The position numbers were made by a program, and so were the translations under genes. Under the pieces are notes generated by a model, which worked only from the letters and a program-made list of their open reading frames with translations, did no database searches and was not told where the DNA came from. From Clostridia bacterium (lineage in GTDB: Bacteria > Bacillota > Clostridia > Christensenellales > UBA1242): 64,000 bases of DNA. The DNA lies in NCBI GenBank assembly GCA_045538455.1, contig JAZSRL010000009.1, positions 14,875 to 78,874 of the forward strand. The letters are read 5' to 3'. Shown piece by piece: positions 56,316-64,000 of this stretch; position 1 is the first letter of the stretch; the number at the start of each line of letters is the position of its first letter.

Positions 56316-56722
56316 CACAAGCATCGCAAAAAGTTATCCGTGATATTTTAACGAAACTAACTAGTCAGCCATTTGTGATTGGCGGCGTGTCTGCGAAAAA
56401 TTTTCCAGATGCTGTTGTGCTTCCTGCTACTACTCCGTCAGCGGAATTGGGGATTATTCCGCAAGATAAAGGTTATCAACATCCGAAGTGGTTATTAACT
56501 TTGATGATGAAAGCACACGCCAAAAAGAAAATTTTACTCTGTATCGATGGGATTGATGCTTTGCCATTCAGCGAACAAGCAAAGTTTTGTGGCATCTTAA
56601 AATATAAAGGTTTAAATGGTTTCGCTTTCCCGCAAGAAACGCAAATCATTGTAACAGCGAAACAGATTGATAATGTATCCCCAGTAATTAAAGATTTTTG
56701 TTTGCTTTATCAAGCGGAATAA
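56312..56722 (+). CDS. stand-alone degenerate AAA+ core (P3)
   Basis: 136 aa with an ATGA overlap on P2. It aligns by eye with the ATPase core of P4/P5, but Walker A is decayed (PFVIGGVSAKNF vs PVMLHGPSGIGKS) and Walker B is LLCIDGID (vs ILFIDELT). Confidence 0.6.
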   Translation: MTQASQKVIRDILTKLTSQPFVIGGVSAKNFPDAVVLPATTPSAELGIIPQDKGYQHPKWLLTLMMKAHAKKKILLCIDGIDALPFSEQAKFCGILKYKGLNGFAFPQETQIIVTAKQIDNVSPVIKDFCLLYQAE

Positions 56723-56774
56723 TTTGATAACTCTTGAAAATATTGGGTTATCAGTGGTATGCTGCTTATGAAAA

Positions 56775-58769
56775 ATGAGTATGCGTTTAGAAGATATTAT
56801 TGTCTCGACATATTTAGAAGATGCAAAAATTAGCGATCGCATTTTTTTGCCGTCCACAAATGAAATTGCGCAGAGTATTTTATTTGATATTAAAACGGTT
56901 GGTTTAGCTGAAATTGGTTTTAAAAATAATTCTCAAAACAGTTTAGAGAAAAATGGTTCTTTTTGGACGCGTGACCGTGCGGCGTTTGAAACGGATAAAC
57001 TTAATTATTATGATGTAAAATTTGGACTGCGTACAACTTTTTACGATGATATAAATGTTGGTTTGCGTCCGTGCATGAATTTAGATATTAATGCTTATTT
57101 AGATTTACAAGAAGCTATGAAAAAGCGTCATGATGATGAAAAGTACGCTTTTTATCGAGACACTGAAGATAAAGAACATGATTATATGTTATTAGATTTT
57201 GGTGAATATCCGCGGGTTGTTGTAAACGGCGATAGGAATTTTGAAAATGAAAAAGACCGTTTAGTGAAAACCAATCGTAAATATCTGTTAGCTTTTGATA
57301 AAATTGTTGGGCGACCTGTTTTGTGTTCTGAGAGTGAATTAGACGGTCAAAAATATGTCAAGGTTGCCACAAACAATCGCATCTATTATTTAGCGAATAA
57401 ACCGTTGGCTTGGATTGTAACCAATTGGCACGAGATGCCGCGTGAAATTAATGCACTAGGAAATGGCAAAGCGCAAACAATTAAGCTAATCACGCGCAAT
57501 GTGATTAATTTTGGTGTTCCATTTTATCGTACGAGTAATTTTGATCCGGCAAAGTTTAAATTCAAAAATAATAAGACGCTATGGCAAAATAGTACCCTGC
57601 GTGGCTATTTAAATGGTTATGATTTATCGACATTGAACGCTGGTAATTTTACAGAATACAATTTTATCGAGGAAGCATTTACCAAAGAAAGAGAAATATT
57701 ACAAACCATTGAATGTCGAAATAAAATTAATCACAAAGGTTGGGATGTTAAATTTGGTGAACAACCTTTAAATGAAATGGAGCAATTACGCAAGTATGTG
57801 GAGCATGGATATCCTGTGATGTTACATGGTCCTAGTGGGATTGGTAAATCGCGGCGCGTGCAAGAAATTGACCCAAACTATGTTTCAATAACTTTGCGGA
57901 ATGGAATGTTGCCGGAAGAGATTATTGGCAAAAATATTTTTATTAATGAAAAAGATGTAAAAGCGGGACAATGGCAAGCGCCAGCTTGGTATACAGATTT
58001 ATGTGAAAAATGTGCCAAAGAACCCGAGAAGCAACATATTTTATTTATTGATGAGTTGACGAATGTGCGTGAACAAGAACAATCAAGTATTTTTCATCTT
58101 GTATTAAATCGTTCTGTGATGCCAAACTGCGGCAAACTGCCAGAGAATGTTTCCATTGTGGCGGCCGGTAATAGCATGGAAGAAAGTACGGCAGCTTATC
58201 AAATGGCGGAACCTTTGGAGCGAAGATTTTATGGTCACATTTATTTTGAACCCAATATTGCGGATTGGTTAGATTGGGCCAGTCGTATGAACGAAAATAA
58301 AGGACATTTAAATGTGCATCCATTAGTGACGGCTTTCGTGGCTTCCATGAGAGATGCCGTCTTCTGTCCGCAGCAAGACCCAAATGATACCAAGAAATAT
58401 AATTATAAAATTGACCCACGCGCTTGGGAACAAGTGAGTGATTTAATTTATGATAACGGTGGCATGATTTACAAAGAAATTATCGCGAATAAAATCGGAC
58501 CGTTATTGACAAATGCTTTGGTGGCGTTTGCGAAGAACCCACCACTCACGGCAGAAGATATTGTGAGCGGAAATTATTCCCAAGTTGAGATACCGCGAAA
58601 AATTGACCAGCAATATATTTTAGCTATGGCGTGGCGTTATGCGAAACCAGAACAAGTTCCAGCTATTCGTGAATTTATTAGCCGTGAATTTGGTGATGAA
58701 ATTTTATCCGTTTATGATGGCGCGCGAGCTTTGGTAGCAAAAAGCATAAAATCTGAATTAGAGAAATAA
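56775..58769 (+). CDS. array paralog P4: two-part module fused to a MoxR/AAA_5-type ATPase
   Basis: 664 aa with RIFLPSTNEI, GLRPCMNLDINAYL, FGEYPR and LWQNSTLRGYLNGYDL, followed by VMLHGPSGIGKS (Walker A), ILFIDELTNV (Walker B), VAAGNS and EPLERRF. Confidence 0.8.
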   Translation: MSMRLEDIIVSTYLEDAKISDRIFLPSTNEIAQSILFDIKTVGLAEIGFKNNSQNSLEKNGSFWTRDRAAFETDKLNYYDVKFGLRTTFYDDINVGLRPCMNLDINAYLDLQEAMKKRHDDEKYAFYRDTEDKEHDYMLLDFGEYPRVVVNGDRNFENEKDRLVKTNRKYLLAFDKIVGRPVLCSESELDGQKYVKVATNNRIYYLANKPLAWIVTNWHEMPREINALGNGKAQTIKLITRNVINFGVPFYRTSNFDPAKFKFKNNKTLWQNSTLRGYLNGYDLSTLNAGNFTEYNFIEEAFTKEREILQTIECRNKINHKGWDVKFGEQPLNEMEQLRKYVEHGYPVMLHGPSGIGKSRRVQEIDPNYVSITLRNGMLPEEIIGKNIFINEKDVKAGQWQAPAWYTDLCEKCAKEPEKQHILFIDELTNVREQEQSSIFHLVLNRSVMPNCGKLPENVSIVAAGNSMEESTAAYQMAEPLERRFYGHIYFEPNIADWLDWASRMNENKGHLNVHPLVTAFVASMRDAVFCPQQDPNDTKKYNYKIDPRAWEQVSDLIYDNGGMIYKEIIANKIGPLLTNALVAFAKNPPLTAEDIVSGNYSQVEIPRKIDQQYILAMAWRYAKPEQVPAIREFISREFGDEILSVYDGARALVAKSIKSELEK

Positions 58770-58833
58770 ACTTGGTTTGACTCTTGAATTTGAATGATTG
58801 AAATGTTAATCTATGAAGAAAGGATTTGATGGT

Positions 58834-60954
58834 ATGTTAATTAATGATTTGTTAAGTTCCAAGGTTTTATTAAATACGGATTTAAGTGGCTATTGGGGAA
58901 GCCAAGATTTTAATACGCGTGATATGTTTTTTATTGAGGGAGATTATGATGACCCACAATTAACGCAAGCCACAGATTTTGCAATTTTAAATAAAGCATT
59001 AAACACGCAAGATGAAAATTTTAATCCTGAGGTTTTGGGTAAGTTTCCGTCTTGCCGTGTTTGGTTACGAACAGGTGGACAAGATGGTTTAGGGATTGGT
59101 CGTGTTTATATTCGCAATGAAGCAGGTAAAAAATTTTTTGTCACACCATACGAAAGAAATTTATCGCAAGGTATATCTCCGCGCACGCGCATGGATTTGT
59201 CAGCATTTTTGAAAGTGCGAAGTTGGTTGGACAAGAATCGAAAAGATGACCAACAGACTTTAAGTGTTCAGCCTGTTGAAGGTCAAAACGGTGTTTTGTT
59301 GTTTGGTGAGTATCCGCAAAAATATGTTGGCGATAATTTTAACAAACAACTAGAAGAAGCTTTGGAACATCGCGTGATTGTTCCGACAGGGAAAACTTAC
59401 ACTGGTTGTTTTGATAAAAAAAATGACAAACCAAATTATTACTTTGAATACGAAGTTAACGGTAAACGCTATGTGCGGGTGAATAAAGGACCACGCAATG
59501 ATGGTTACTGGGTAGAAGTTACGCCTTTGGTTTGGGAAATTGAAAATTGGAACGATTTACCAGTTTCGATTAATCCGCAAGGTAGCGGTACCGCAGTATG
59601 TTTGGATTTAGCGTCAAAATATGTATTAATGGCGGGAATTCCTTTTTATCCAAATCTTACCGATGATAATAATAACTTATGGCAAAATAGTTCGCTGCGT
59701 GGATTTTTGAACGGTATTAATGTTAACAACATTAAAGAAAATGGAAATACGAATTACACTGCTCCGCGTGGTGGCGATTTTACGCATTATAATTTTATCC
59801 AACAAGCTTTTGCCAGTGAAATTGAAATATTAAAAATGGTTGATTCTTATCAAAAAAAGTCTCGATTGGGTTGGGGAATTAAAATCGAAGAAAAACCTTT
59901 GTCGGTTAATGAGCAATTACAAAAATATATCCAAAACGGACACACGGTCATGTTACATGGTCCCAGTGGGATTGGTAAATCACATCGTGTGAAAAAAATT
60001 GACCCCGACTTTGTTTCCATTACATTACGCAATGGAATGTTGCCGGAAGAAATTATTGGCAAGAATATTTTTCTTGATGAAAAGAATGTGAACTCTGCTC
60101 AATGGCAGGCACCAGCATGGTATAACGATTTGTGTGAAAAGTGCGCGCAAGAGCCAAACAGGCAACATGTGTTGTTTATTGATGAGATTACGAATGTGCG
60201 CGAGCAAGAACAATCTGCGGTATTCCATATTATTTTGGAACACTCAATTGGGCCCAATATTGGTAAATTGCCAGCTAATGTCTCGGTTGTGGCGGCGGGT
60301 AATAGTTTAGAAGAAAGTTTGGCCGCTTATCAAATGGCGGAACCGTTAGAGCGTCGTTTCTTCGGTCATGTTTACATTAAGCCTAACATTCCGGAGTGGT
60401 TAGAATGGGCAAGCGAGCCCAATGAAGACCCCCATAAAGCGCAACAAGGTCGTCTCAATATTCACCCGTTGGTAGCGGCCTTTGTGGCTTCGGTTGGTAT
60501 GGAATATTTTTGTCCACAGTATGAGCAGGACAATCCGCCTAAATATAAGATTGATCCGCGTGGTTGGCAACAAATCAGTGATATGATTTATGATAACGGT
60601 AATACAATTTATTTAGAATTAATCCGTAATAAAATTGGACCGATGTTAGCGGATACTTTTATGACATTTGCGAAGACACCTGCCCTCACGGTACAAGATA
60701 TCGTCAGTGGTAATTATGCTCGGCACGAAATTCCCCATAATTTAGATATGCAATATGCGATGGCTATGATGTGGCGTTATGCGAAAATGGATGAAGTGGC
60801 TGCTGTGCGTCAATTTATTGACAAAGAGTTCAACCATGAAATTTTAGCGGTTTTCGATGAAGCATGGGCAAACACTCCGGAAAAAGCAATCTTTTTAAAT
60901 CAATTAAAACAACAAGAAGTTAGAGCGGAAAAACCCAGTCTTGAAAAAAACTGA
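58834..60954 (+). CDS. array paralog P5: two-part module fused to a MoxR/AAA_5-type ATPase
   Basis: 706 aa from the ATG behind the AAAGGA RBS (the track start at 58813 lies inside the predicted -10 region). The N-module resembles P6, and the ATPase half is about 80% identical to P4. Confidence 0.8.
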   Translation: MLINDLLSSKVLLNTDLSGYWGSQDFNTRDMFFIEGDYDDPQLTQATDFAILNKALNTQDENFNPEVLGKFPSCRVWLRTGGQDGLGIGRVYIRNEAGKKFFVTPYERNLSQGISPRTRMDLSAFLKVRSWLDKNRKDDQQTLSVQPVEGQNGVLLFGEYPQKYVGDNFNKQLEEALEHRVIVPTGKTYTGCFDKKNDKPNYYFEYEVNGKRYVRVNKGPRNDGYWVEVTPLVWEIENWNDLPVSINPQGSGTAVCLDLASKYVLMAGIPFYPNLTDDNNNLWQNSSLRGFLNGINVNNIKENGNTNYTAPRGGDFTHYNFIQQAFASEIEILKMVDSYQKKSRLGWGIKIEEKPLSVNEQLQKYIQNGHTVMLHGPSGIGKSHRVKKIDPDFVSITLRNGMLPEEIIGKNIFLDEKNVNSAQWQAPAWYNDLCEKCAQEPNRQHVLFIDEITNVREQEQSAVFHIILEHSIGPNIGKLPANVSVVAAGNSLEESLAAYQMAEPLERRFFGHVYIKPNIPEWLEWASEPNEDPHKAQQGRLNIHPLVAAFVASVGMEYFCPQYEQDNPPKYKIDPRGWQQISDMIYDNGNTIYLELIRNKIGPMLADTFMTFAKTPALTVQDIVSGNYARHEIPHNLDMQYAMAMMWRYAKMDEVAAVRQFIDKEFNHEILAVFDEAWANTPEKAIFLNQLKQQEVRAEKPSLEKN

Positions 60955-61006
60955 TAAAAAAAAGGCGCTACTTGAAATTGATGGCAAAATTTGGTAAATT
61001 ATCTTA

Positions 61007-62146
61007 ATGGATTTTGGTGATTTAATTTCGATTACGACTTTGGGTAATACTGATAACTTTGGTTGTGAGTTTGATTATAGATTTGATACTCATGACTATT
61101 TTTATTTGGACTCGCAACATGAAGCTGCGATGCGTTTGTTTCAGTGCAATTTAGGAGATAAAGCCAATTTAACTTTTCCAACAGATTACGCGCTTTTAAA
61201 CAAAGCAGTTTATTTTGAAGACCGTAATGATTTACACGCAAAACTGGCTATCAATCAAACAAAATCAAGAGTTGGTTGCCGTACATGGCTGCGTACTGCG
61301 GAGCGAGATGTTTTTGACAATGATTTACGCCGCGTAAGTGTGATTGATGAGTCTGGGCGGATTGATTCAGTTAATATGAAAGAAAATATTTTGCCACACG
61401 CAATTCGTCCGTGTGTGCAATTAGAAATTGACGCGTGTTTGGCTGTTTTAAAATACCAAGCAAAACAAAACAAACATAATAATTGTTTTGCTTTGGGTAT
61501 GGGTCAGATGAATTTGGGGACATACCCTACTTCGTATGTGGGTGAAGAAATAAATTGTGAGTTAGAAAAAAAATGGGAAGATGGGATTTTAAAATCAACT
61601 GGCAAAACTTATACTGGCCGCTATAATAACAAGCGTCAGTGTCTATCGCAATATGACGAATATGAAATTGATGGCGAAAAGTATGTGCGTGTTGATAAAG
61701 GTTTCAAAGGTAATGATGGTTATTGGGTAAAGGTTGAACCGATTGTTTGGGAAATCGAAAATTGGAACGATTTGCCCACGGCATTAAATCCCAAAGGTAC
61801 AAACCAAGCCGATACAATTAAATTACGCACGAAATCAGCTATCATAGCAGGAATTCCTTTTTATCCGAACACAGAAGATAAATACAATCATTTATGGCAA
61901 AACAGTACATTACGCGGTTATTTAAACGGCTATAATGTTAATTATATTCAGCATAATGGTTCACAGATTTACGGTGCGCCGCGTGGTGGAAACTTTGTCC
62001 AACAAAGCTTTATAAATGAAGCGATGGATAGTGTCATTGAACATATCCGCGCAGTTCGTTTTTACGGAAAGAAAAAGTTCATACCGACGATTGAAGCGAA
62101 TCCAAATGTTTTAAAAAATAAGCAAAATTTACAACAAGAAATTTAA
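61007..62146 (+). CDS. array paralog P6 (two-part module only, closest to the P5 N-half)
   Basis: 379 aa with CRTWLRT, AIRPCVQLEIDACL, LGTYPT, STGKTYTG, YWVKVEPIVWEIENWNDLPTALNPKG, GIPFYPN and LWQNSTLRGYLNGYNV. Confidence 0.75.
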   Translation: MDFGDLISITTLGNTDNFGCEFDYRFDTHDYFYLDSQHEAAMRLFQCNLGDKANLTFPTDYALLNKAVYFEDRNDLHAKLAINQTKSRVGCRTWLRTAERDVFDNDLRRVSVIDESGRIDSVNMKENILPHAIRPCVQLEIDACLAVLKYQAKQNKHNNCFALGMGQMNLGTYPTSYVGEEINCELEKKWEDGILKSTGKTYTGRYNNKRQCLSQYDEYEIDGEKYVRVDKGFKGNDGYWVKVEPIVWEIENWNDLPTALNPKGTNQADTIKLRTKSAIIAGIPFYPNTEDKYNHLWQNSTLRGYLNGYNVNYIQHNGSQIYGAPRGGNFVQQSFINEAMDSVIEHIRAVRFYGKKKFIPTIEANPNVLKNKQNLQQEI

Positions 62147-62224
62147 ATTAAAAAGTGAAATGTAGCTCTTGAAATATGATTTGTAATTATGATAAAATAT
62201 AAAAAATTAAAGGGATAATATGAT

Positions 62225-63163
62225 ATGGAGTTAAGAGAATTTATTGTACCAACAAAGGTTGGTTATGGGGATAACGAAGTTACAAATCGAATTTATTTAC
62301 CGAGTTACGAGGAGCTTGTGGAAAAATATAATTTCACAGCCCAAGATTTTATTGTCAAACAAGTAAACGATTCAAAAAATGAAACACTAAATACTTATTG
62401 GTTGCGCAATGATGCTTTGACGAAAATTTATTCGGGCTCAAAAGCGGAAGGTAGTGTTGGTGTTGATGGTAATCAACTCTCTATTCGCGTAATGCGTGAT
62501 GGTGTTTATTGTTTTGAAAAGATTGCGCTAAAAAAAACAGATATTGAAAGCGTTCATGATTATTTTAAAAATACATTACGCATGGTGCGCCCTTGTATGC
62601 GTGTTGACCTTGCGGCATATTTAGCGTTGGTTGAAAAATATAATAGCTATTTACCTTATAAACATGAAGATGAACACAAAAATTGTCAGTGTGTAAGCAT
62701 TGGTAAAAAGTTTGATATTTATGCGGGTAAAAAAACAAACAAAAGAATTGAATGGCGAATTTTAAATTGGGAAGATTTACCCAAATCAATCAATCCCGAA
62801 GGAAAAGATACAGCAACGACGCTCGATTTAATTAGTTTAAACGCGATAGGTTGTTCGCCTTTTATCGAAGACAGAAATGACCTGCAAAAAGACTTATGGA
62901 AAAATAGTGTCATCTGTCAAAAATTGAACGGTGAGAAAAACAAAAAATATAGTTTTATCGACCATGCTTTTAAAGAGGAAGAAATTTTATTACGCGGCAT
63001 TGAAAAACAAGATCATAAAAAGAAAACAACTTTAATCATTAACACTAACTCTGCGTACATAAAAGAAGATTTTATCAGAAGCCTTAGGGCTAATCCAAAA
63101 GTATTAAATGAATTGGTCCCAGCAATGAAATTATTAATCCAGGAAGCAGAAAAAATAAAATAA
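62225..63163 (+). CDS. array paralog P7 (shortened module)
   Basis: 312 aa with MELREFIV, RIYLPSYEEL, TYWLRND, MVRPCMRVDLAAYL, IEWRILNWEDLPKSINPEGK and LWKNSVICQKLNG. It lacks the GEYPQ segment. Confidence 0.7.
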   Translation: MELREFIVPTKVGYGDNEVTNRIYLPSYEELVEKYNFTAQDFIVKQVNDSKNETLNTYWLRNDALTKIYSGSKAEGSVGVDGNQLSIRVMRDGVYCFEKIALKKTDIESVHDYFKNTLRMVRPCMRVDLAAYLALVEKYNSYLPYKHEDEHKNCQCVSIGKKFDIYAGKKTNKRIEWRILNWEDLPKSINPEGKDTATTLDLISLNAIGCSPFIEDRNDLQKDLWKNSVICQKLNGEKNKKYSFIDHAFKEEEILLRGIEKQDHKKKTTLIINTNSAYIKEDFIRSLRANPKVLNELVPAMKLLIQEAEKIK

Positions 63164-63165
63164 TC

Positions 63166-63194
63166 AAAAAAGACACCGAAATGGTGTCTTTTTT
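63166..63194. terminator. strong bidirectional terminator closing the array
   Basis: AAAAAAGACACC-GAAAT-GGTGTCTTTTTT. Confidence 0.8.
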
Positions 63195-63330
63195 AGATAA
63201 GTGTTTTGCATTTTACATCGTGTTTGCTGCACTAATCTTTCTCACAGGCATGATTTTATAAATAAAGTTCAAGTCGAAAAAAAGTCCTGACGATAACAGT
63301 CGGGGCTTTTTGTTTTATAGCGAATATGAT

Positions 63331-63777
63331 CTAATAGTCAATCCCGAGTTCGTCTAATAGTGGCGCTTTCATTTCCCACTGTTTAACTTGATTGCGTTTT
63401 TCAAACAAAGTTTCGGCTTCTAAATAATGTTTAGTTAAAGTTTCTAAACCACATTGATTGACTTGCATAAAATGATGTTTGGCTTGTTCACCATAACCAA
63501 TGCGCACGGAATTACGAAAATGTTTGACGCCATGACAGGCGGGACATAGCGCTTTAATTTCAACCAAAATCTGCGTACAACTGGGGATATCAAAATCCCA
63601 AACTTCATGGGCTTCCAAAGTTTCTGGCTTAGCACCACAAATCTCACATTGATAATCGGCAGCTTTGTAAGTTACACGACGCAATTGATTCCAGTTTCTT
63701 TTTGGTAAGGTAATACTAAAATCCTTACCCCAAGCACCTTTGGGCAATAAATCAATTGTTAATTTTAAATTATGCAT
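63331..63777 (-). CDS. Cys4/His zinc-ribbon protein (HNH-nuclease-like?)
   Basis: 148 aa with CEICGAK...LEAHEVWDF...CPACHGVKHF. The resemblance to small phage-type HNH proteins is from memory only. Confidence 0.4.
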   Translation of the reverse strand: MHNLKLTIDLLPKGAWGKDFSITLPKRNWNQLRRVTYKAADYQCEICGAKPETLEAHEVWDFDIPSCTQILVEIKALCPACHGVKHFRNSVRIGYGEQAKHHFMQVNQCGLETLTKHYLEAETLFEKRNQVKQWEMKAPLLDELGIDY

Positions 63778-63788
63778 ATTTTCTCCAC

Positions 63789-64000
63789 TTACCGAGACGG
63801 ATATAACTCGCCATTGGCAAGTTTTTCATTAAAAGTTTCTTCGCCTAACTGAGCAATTAAAAATTCACGGTCAAAAGGGTCAATGGCTTTAATCTTGCCA
63901 CGCATTTCTGGGAATGGGGTTCCGTAACAAATCACCGCGCTTGGTTCAATTGTATCGAACATAGCATTGTAACCGTCCATAAAGCCTTCCTTATTATTTT
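63789..64000 (-). CDS. hypothetical protein (possibly the C-terminal part of a gene running off the right edge)
   Basis: The ORF is open to the window end. An internal ATG at 63980 is preceded by AAGGAAGG, so a 63-aa product is also possible. It appears to form an operon with the downstream zinc-ribbon gene. Confidence 0.4.
   Translation of the reverse strand, partial: NNKEGFMDGYNAMFDTIEPSAVICYGTPFPEMRGKIKAIDPFDREFLIAQLGEETFNEKLANGELYPSR

Noticed and set aside
1-64000. Whether the whole organism uses genetic code 4 (TGA=Trp)
   Set aside because: Full-length conserved proteins (GyrA, GyrB, LeuRS, DnaA, SerRS, GlyRS) contain no in-frame TGA and use TGG for Trp. Several well-defined genes end in TGA (stops at 250, 15176, 24143, 30204 and 56315). 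Only the 19.2-19.6 kb stretch shows the TGA pattern.

Overview
This 64-kb window comes from a low-GC bacterial chromosome that uses the standard genetic code. It looks like a Bacillota/Mycoplasmatota-like lineage, though I cannot place it more precisely from sequence alone. It spans the replication-origin neighbourhood, where gyrA, gyrB, jag, yidC, rnpA and rpmH lie on the minus strand and meet dnaA, dnaN, serS, glyQS, gmk and pyk on the plus strand at about 40.9 kb. Other housekeeping genes are leuS, miaA, lepB, radC, uppP, truA, mnmA, a partial dus, tRNA-Pro and two divergent tRNA-Gln genes.

Two accessory regions stand out.

1. About 9.3-22.9 kb is an AT-rich integrated element next to tRNA-Gln.
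- It carries an AAA+/DUF4143 ATPase, an HUH Rep-like gene and a large serine recombinase.
- An XRE regulator, an EcoRI-family-like adenine methyltransferase and a DUF262-HNH nuclease form a cassette bracketed by direct repeats.
- A SAM-I riboswitch sits in front of a gene of unknown function.
- Four small genes are each preceded by an identical 18-nt junction.
- A short stretch reads as protein only if TGA is translated as Trp.
- An HD-Ham1 fusion gene lies at the right end.
- The element plus the Nudix and tRNA genes sit between two inverted paralogs of an unknown protein, which share a near-identical 75-nt patch.

2. 52.6-63.2 kb is an eight-gene array, and it is my best candidate for an undescribed system.
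- It starts with a Zn-metallopeptidase/vWA protein.
- Six paralogs of a two-part cytoplasmic module follow.
- Two of those paralogs are fused to MoxR-type AAA+ ATPases.
- A seventh gene encodes a stand-alone AAA+ domain whose ATPase motifs have decayed.
- Most genes in the array have their own TTGAAw promoter.

I saw no CRISPR array or rRNA. Many ORFs in the six-frame track are antisense shadows and were not called.
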